A stretch of DNA of 64,000 nucleotides, taken from assembly GCA_963775425.1 (NCBI GenBank), contig CAVZJB010000003.1:160001-224000 (forward strand), given 5' to 3'. Made by a program: the position numbers and the translations under genes. The notes beneath the pieces are model-generated. The model did no database searches. It saw only the letters and a program-made list of their open reading frames with translations, and was not told the DNA's origin. Shown in pieces: positions 59,019 through 64,000 of the stretch. Numbering within the stretch: position 1 is the first letter of the stretch; each line of letters begins with the position of its first letter. The DNA is from an uncultured delta proteobacterium (lineage in GTDB: Bacteria > Myxococcota > UBA727 > VGSZ01).

Positions 59019-60105
59019 TCTCCACCGTGTCGCCCTTGTTCTCGAGGGCGAAGCTGCGGTGCTCCGTGGCCCCGGTGCGCACCTGGTGGGCGATGGCGTC
59101 GAAGGGGATGTCGAGCACGGCGACGGGGTCGATGAACTCGGGGCCGTCGGTGACGGCGAAGTGCAGGTGCGGACCCGTGCTCCGTCCGGTGGAGCCGGAG
59201 TACGCGATGACGTCGCCCTCGTTCACGGTCTGGCCGGCCTCGACGAGGATCCGGCTCAGGTGCGAGTAGTGCGTGCGCACGCCGTCGCCGTGGTCGAGGA
59301 CGACCTGGTTGCCGTAGCCGCCCTGGCGCCCCGCGTACACGACGAGGCCGGAGGCGGCGGCCCAGACGTTGGTCCCCATGGGGACGTCGTAGTCGACGCC
59401 GTTGTGGAAGCGCCGCTGCTTGGTGAACGGATCGGCGCGAACGCCAAACGGCGACGAGATGATCATGGGTGAGACCGGCGCGCGCAGCACGAGCTCGCCG
59501 TCGCCGAGCCGCGGCGTCGGGGTGATGGTGCCGGGGGCGTTGGCCGCGCGCAGCTCTCCGACGCTCTCGTCGACGGCGCCGAGCACCGCGCGCAGACGCT
59601 TGTCGAGGTGGGCGGGCAGCACGATCCTGCGCTCGCGGTCGTGCTCGAGCTCGACCTCGAGCGTCACGCGCGCGCGCACGAAGGCGCCGAGGTCGGTGGC
59701 GCGCGGGGCGATCTCGCAGGCGGCGCCGACGTCGGCGAGCACGCGGTTCCACGCGTCCGCCCAGCCCACGCTGCTCTTCGGCGCGCCGCGCATGAGCGCG
59801 CGGTCACCGGTGAACTGCTGCAGGGCCCCGTCGATGAGGAGCCCCGCGGACACCGTCGTCGGCGCGCGCGGCGCGGGCGTGCGGCCCCCGAAGCCGGGCT
59901 CGCCGCGGGTCATCACCGCGAGCGCGGGTGCGCGCCGCGGCGCCATCCGCGCCACCCGCGCCGCCGCCCCCGGCCCGCCGCTCGCGGCGCTCGACGCCGC
60001 GCGCGGGGCGGCGTCGACGTCGGCCCAGGTGACGCGATCGGCGGCGCAGCCGGCGGCGGAGAGGAGCGCCGCCACCGCGGTCATCGAGAACGTCGCCGCG
60101 CGCAC
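58999..60105 (-). CDS. M23 family metallopeptidase lipoprotein
   Basis: SSPFGVRADP, HNGVD, YGN, YSHL, TGRSTGPHLHF; AAGC lipobox; TACCCT box 7 nt before the GTG. Confidence 0.9.
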   Translation of the reverse strand: MRAATFSMTAVAALLSAAGCAADRVTWADVDAAPRAASSAASGGPGAAARVARMAPRRAPALAVMTRGEPGFGGRTPAPRAPTTVSAGLLIDGALQQFTGDRALMRGAPKSSVGWADAWNRVLADVGAACEIAPRATDLGAFVRARVTLEVELEHDRERRIVLPAHLDKRLRAVLGAVDESVGELRAANAPGTITPTPRLGDGELVLRAPVSPMIISSPFGVRADPFTKQRRFHNGVDYDVPMGTNVWAAASGLVVYAGRQGGYGNQVVLDHGDGVRTHYSHLSRILVEAGQTVNEGDVIAYSGSTGRSTGPHLHFAVTDGPEFIDPVAVLDIPFDAIAHQVRTGATEHRSFALENKGDTVEIKRLDR

Positions 60106-60294
60106 GGGATCGAGGGTAGGGCGCGCGCCGCGCGCCGGCCAATCCCGCGCCGCCGGTGACGCAGAGCGGCACGCGCCCCCCGAAAACAGGCCTACCCCCT
60201 TTGACGGATGCGCTTTCACCGCGGAAAACGTGCTCCCGCGCGTCCCGGCGCGCATCTCGCGGCCGCTCCTTCCGGTCGCCATCGCGAGGTCCCG

Positions 60295-63200
60295 ATGCAG
60301 GCTCATCGCCGGTCCGTCGTCCCGTTGCTCTTGGTCGTCGCCGCTCCCGTCGTCCTGGCCCGCTGCCAGTGCGGGGATCCGCTGCAGGGTCTGCCCGAGG
60401 CGCAGATCGAGATCCTCGATGACCAGGGCAACAGCCACCTCGACGCCGAGCCGTGGCTCGTGATCGACTTCGGCGACGCCGACAGCGGCCAGAGCGTCAC
60501 CCGCAACGTGACGCTCAAGGACAACGGCACCGGGCCGCTCCTCATCGAGAAGACGTGCCTGGTGAACGCCGCCGACCTCGACACGGCCAGGACGGCGCCG
60601 TGCATCACCGGCCAGACCACGGCCTTCACCTTCACGGACATCGGCGCCGCCCGGTTGAAGCCCGGCACCACCGTCGATGTGCCGGTGACGTTCGCGCCGC
60701 ACGCGGGCGGGCCGGCCAACCTGTTCCTGCAGGTGACGAGCACCGCCGTCAAAGAGCCCGTGGCCGCCGTGCAGCTCGTCGGCCGGGGCACCGACGGGCG
60801 CCTGTGCGCGGAGCCGAGCGGCATCTTCGACTTCGGTGACGTCGACATCGGCGCCACGGCGCCCGGGCAGATCACCGTCCGCAACTGCGGCGTGAAGCCC
60901 GTGACCATCGACTCCTTCGCGTTGTCGCAGAACCCGGACGACGCCTTCACGTTCACCCCGCAGGGCGGGGACCCCACCGGGCGCACGCTGAACCAGGACG
61001 AGACCATCGTCCTCGATCTCACGTTCACGCCGGCGCAGCCGGGGCCCTACAGCGACAACCGCGCCGGTGACATCCACGTCGTCACCGCGGCGCCCTTCGC
61101 CGCCGAGTACGACCTCATCCTCATCGGCAACGGCGTCACGCCCCCGGCCTGCCACGTCCACGTCGTGCCGCAGGTGGTGAACTACAACGCGGTGGCCTCG
61201 GGGACGGCGGCGACGCGCCAGCTCATCGTGCAGTCCGTCGGCCAGTGCGCCTGCACCCTCGACGCCATCAGCGATCCCTCCCCCGCGGACCAGGGCTTCA
61301 CGCTCGGCACCGTGCCCGCGCTCCCCATGGTCTTGAAGGGCACCGTCGGCTGCGACGGGGATCCTGCGGGCGCGGCCGCCGCGCCGTCCTCCCTCACCGT
61401 CGACGTCACGTTCACCGCGCCCGTACAAAACGACGCCACGCCGTTCAACGCGTCGCTCGACGTCAGCACCAGCGACGCCGACGCCCCCGTGCAGACGGTG
61501 AACCTCGAGGCCAACGGCGGCGGCGCCCCCTTCTGCCAGCTCGCCGTCTCGCCGCAGGAGTCGGGCGGCGGCGGCTTCTCGGTGCCCACGCAGGGGCGCT
61601 ATGGCGTCGTCGAGTTCGGCCGCACGTCGGTGCACGTGCCCAAGCAGGAGCCCATCACCCTCGAGAACACCGGCAACATCGACTGCCACGTCACCGGCGT
61701 CGCCTACGACGATGCGCAGAACACCGTGCAAAACGAGTTCTCCGTCGTCACCGAGGACGGCCAGCCGGCCAACGGCATGGCCGCGTTCGCCATCGCCCCC
61801 GGGGAGACGCGCACGCTCTTCGCCGTGTTCTCGCCCACCCACACGCTCCAGGCGGACGGCCTGTTCGGCAGCGCGTTCTCCTTCGGGTCCTACTCGGGCA
61901 CGCTCTTCCAGACCGCCACCGGCTGCCACCTGCTGAACACCGCGGCCTGCAACGGCGTCACCTTCACCACCGACGACACCACCACCGACGTGAGCGCCTC
62001 CGGGCAGAACCCGGGCGTGTACTCCATCGGCTTCAAGGGCACGCCCGTGGCGCCGTCCGTCGACGTCATCCCCGGCTCGCTCGACTTCGGCCTCGTCACC
62101 CTCGACTGCGGCTCGCCCACCCAGCGCGTGAGCGTCTACAACAACGGCGGCGCCGACCTCGTCGTCGATGAGCCCGTCGTCGATCCCGCCGAGACCCCGG
62201 AGGTCTTCCGCGTCGAGGGCACCACCAACTTCTCCAACACCTGGCCCTTCACCATCCCCGCCGGCGGCAGCATGTCCATCGAGGTGCGCTACTTCGCGCG
62301 CCAGCTCGGCGTCCAGGCGGCCAACCTCATCATCCCCACCGTCGAGGGCGGCAGCGCCGGTCCGCCGGTGACCATCCCGCTGCGCGGCGAGGGCACCACG
62401 GACACCAGCCAGACGGACACGTTCGATCAGTTCGGCGATCCCAAGGTCGACGTGCTCTGGGTCGTCGACGACTCCGCGTCCATGGATCCGTACCAGAACG
62501 AGATGGCCACGAACTTCTCGCAGTTCTTCGTGTCCTCCAACGTCTCCAACGCGGACTTCCACATCGGCGTCACCACCACGCTCACCGCCAAGGCCGACTG
62601 CATCGGCGGCCCCCCGTCGTGCCAGACCAACGCCGACTGCGGCGCCGGCGGCACCTGCGCGTTCCACCTGTGCACCGCGGGCAACGCCGTCAACTCGTGC
62701 GACGACGACCCGATGTGCGGCTGGTACACGTCCTGCTCGAACGAGCACTTCCTCTCGCCGTCGTCGCCCAACGTCGACAGCCAGTTCCAGTGCAACGTGC
62801 ACACGTCGGGCGGGGCCAACCCGTCGCGTCCCGGGTCGGACAGCGCCGAGGGCGGCTTCCGCGCCGCCTACCGCTTCCTCACCCCCGAGAACATCACGGA
62901 CCCGAGCATCAACGGCGGCTTCATGCGCGACGACGCCAAGCTGCACGTCATCATGGTCTCGGACGAGCCCGAGCAGAGCAAGGGCAGCGTCGACGAGTAC
63001 ATCGACTTCTTCCGCAACCTGAAGGGCTTCCGGAACTCCAGCCTCGTCGCCGTCAGCGCCATCGCGCCGCCGGAGAACGGCTGCACGCTCGCGGACGGCA
63101 CGCAGGTCTCGGGGGACTCGCGCTACAAGGCGCTCGTCGACGCGCTCAACGGCCGCTTCGAGTCCATCTGCAACCCGGACTGGACCACGATGATGTCGCA

Positions 63201-63450
63201 GCTCGGCCTCGACTCGCTCGGCCTCCGCGTCGAGTTCTTCCTGTCCCGCGCCGCCGAGGAGGCGTCCATCACGGTGTGCGTGAAGTCGAGCCCGTCGGCG
63301 TCGCAGTGCGTGCCGCAGACAAAGACCAGCGACGGCGCCGCGAACGGCTGGTTCTACGACCCCGTCGACAACTCCGTGGTCTTCAACGCGGGCTCGGTCC
63401 CGCCGCGTGGAAGCCAGATCGTCGTCGACTACGGCACGTTCTGCTTCTGA
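60295..63450 (+). CDS. Large lipoprotein with multiple Ig-like (ASH/choice-of-anchor D) domains and a C-terminal vWA domain
   Basis: GAGGT RBS; signal ending CQC; repeated DFG....TLxNxG units; DVLWVVDDSASM MIDAS and VSDEPEQS. Confidence 0.88.
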   Translation: MQAHRRSVVPLLLVVAAPVVLARCQCGDPLQGLPEAQIEILDDQGNSHLDAEPWLVIDFGDADSGQSVTRNVTLKDNGTGPLLIEKTCLVNAADLDTARTAPCITGQTTAFTFTDIGAARLKPGTTVDVPVTFAPHAGGPANLFLQVTSTAVKEPVAAVQLVGRGTDGRLCAEPSGIFDFGDVDIGATAPGQITVRNCGVKPVTIDSFALSQNPDDAFTFTPQGGDPTGRTLNQDETIVLDLTFTPAQPGPYSDNRAGDIHVVTAAPFAAEYDLILIGNGVTPPACHVHVVPQVVNYNAVASGTAATRQLIVQSVGQCACTLDAISDPSPADQGFTLGTVPALPMVLKGTVGCDGDPAGAAAAPSSLTVDVTFTAPVQNDATPFNASLDVSTSDADAPVQTVNLEANGGGAPFCQLAVSPQESGGGGFSVPTQGRYGVVEFGRTSVHVPKQEPITLENTGNIDCHVTGVAYDDAQNTVQNEFSVVTEDGQPANGMAAFAIAPGETRTLFAVFSPTHTLQADGLFGSAFSFGSYSGTLFQTATGCHLLNTAACNGVTFTTDDTTTDVSASGQNPGVYSIGFKGTPVAPSVDVIPGSLDFGLVTLDCGSPTQRVSVYNNGGADLVVDEPVVDPAETPEVFRVEGTTNFSNTWPFTIPAGGSMSIEVRYFARQLGVQAANLIIPTVEGGSAGPPVTIPLRGEGTTDTSQTDTFDQFGDPKVDVLWVVDDSASMDPYQNEMATNFSQFFVSSNVSNADFHIGVTTTLTAKADCIGGPPSCQTNADCGAGGTCAFHLCTAGNAVNSCDDDPMCGWYTSCSNEHFLSPSSPNVDSQFQCNVHTSGGANPSRPGSDSAEGGFRAAYRFLTPENITDPSINGGFMRDDAKLHVIMVSDEPEQSKGSVDEYIDFFRNLKGFRNSSLVAVSAIAPPENGCTLADGTQVSGDSRYKALVDALNGRFESICNPDWTTMMSQLGLDSLGLRVEFFLSRAAEEASITVCVKSSPSASQCVPQTKTSDGAANGWFYDPVDNSVVFNAGSVPPRGSQIVVDYGTFCF

Positions 63451-63460
63451 ACGGTTCGTG

Positions 63461-64000
63461 ATGCCCCGCGCCCCCCACAAGCCCGCAGCGCTGCGGGACG
63501 CGGACCGCGGCTTCGCCCGCGCGATCTTGATGCGCGGCTGCCTGGCCGTCGGCGTCGCCTGCGCGCTCGGGCTCATCCTGCGCCTCGTGGTCGGCTCGCC
63601 GTTCGACGCGGGCACCGTCGTCGGCATCGTCGGCATCGTCACCAGCGCAGCGAGCGTGGCCCTGCTGCGCGCGGGCCGCGCGCAGCCGGCGACGGTCATC
63701 TTCCTGTCCCTGAGCTGGGTGCTCGTCGGCGGCATCGCCGTGGCCCGCGGCCCCGCGTACCCCGCCACCATCCCGCTCTACCTCTTGCTCATCCTGCTGG
63801 CGGGCATGCTCCTGTCTGCGCGCGCCGCCATCATCCTCGCGGTGCTGTCGACGGCGGCCACCATGGCCATGATGCTCGGGCAAGACCTGCACGCGGTGCC
63901 TTCGGCGCAGCCCATCGGCGTCGCGTACCGCGCCGGCAGCGCCGCCGTGGTCATCATCGTCGTCACGCTGACGTTCCTCGCGGCGCTGAGGCGGTTGCGC
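63461..64000 (+). CDS. Multi-pass membrane protein, 3'-truncated (possibly sensor domain of a kinase or cyclase)
   Basis: Frame open from ATG 63461 to the window end with several hydrophobic helices (MPRAPHKP...LYLLLILLAGMLLS...). Not in the ORF track because there is no stop. Confidence 0.7.
   Translation, partial: MPRAPHKPAALRDADRGFARAILMRGCLAVGVACALGLILRLVVGSPFDAGTVVGIVGIVTSAASVALLRAGRAQPATVIFLSLSWVLVGGIAVARGPAYPATIPLYLLLILLAGMLLSARAAIILAVLSTAATMAMMLGQDLHAVPSAQPIGVAYRAGSAAVVIIVVTLTFLAALRRLR

Noticed and set aside
60106-63771. 1590-aa minus-strand ORF (58999-63771) suggesting a giant M23 fusion
   Set aside because: The upstream part is the antisense shadow of the vWA lipoprotein; the real M23 gene starts near 60105 with a lipobox.

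Overview
Very GC-rich, gene-dense bacterial chromosome segment. Gene content (split RdgC pair, zinc-ribbon Pro-rich protein, Cys-rich lipoproteins, (GE)n linkers) points to Myxococcota or a related deltaproteobacterial lineage; this taxonomy is inference. From left to right it holds: a START-domain gene and an RdgC-like pair; a sigma54-type promoter driving a Cys-rich secreted protein; a prkA-yeaH-spoVR set broken up by about 9 kb of other genes and a decayed nucleotidyltransferase; apbE and a GNAT; ruvX and mltG separated by an antisense MgtC/DUF4010 gene; a PhaR + phasin-like + lipase + paired ArsA/Get3-like ATPase module with a 7 x 16-bp tandem repeat; a dcw cluster from mraZ to ftsZ with a murE-murF fusion carrying a +1 frameshift and no ddl; two large surface lipoproteins; a pgpA-cinA operon; and an M23 peptidase. 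No rRNA, tRNA, CRISPR array or intact mobile element was seen. Best leads: the lipid/PHA-granule-like module with a complementary-degenerate ATPase heterodimer, a GH13 enzyme with an N-terminal maltokinase-cap-like domain, a possible non-contiguous ruvX-mltG operon, mirrored MraZ-box arrays, and frequent leaderless-type promoters. All protein family calls come from motif recognition by eye, not database searches.
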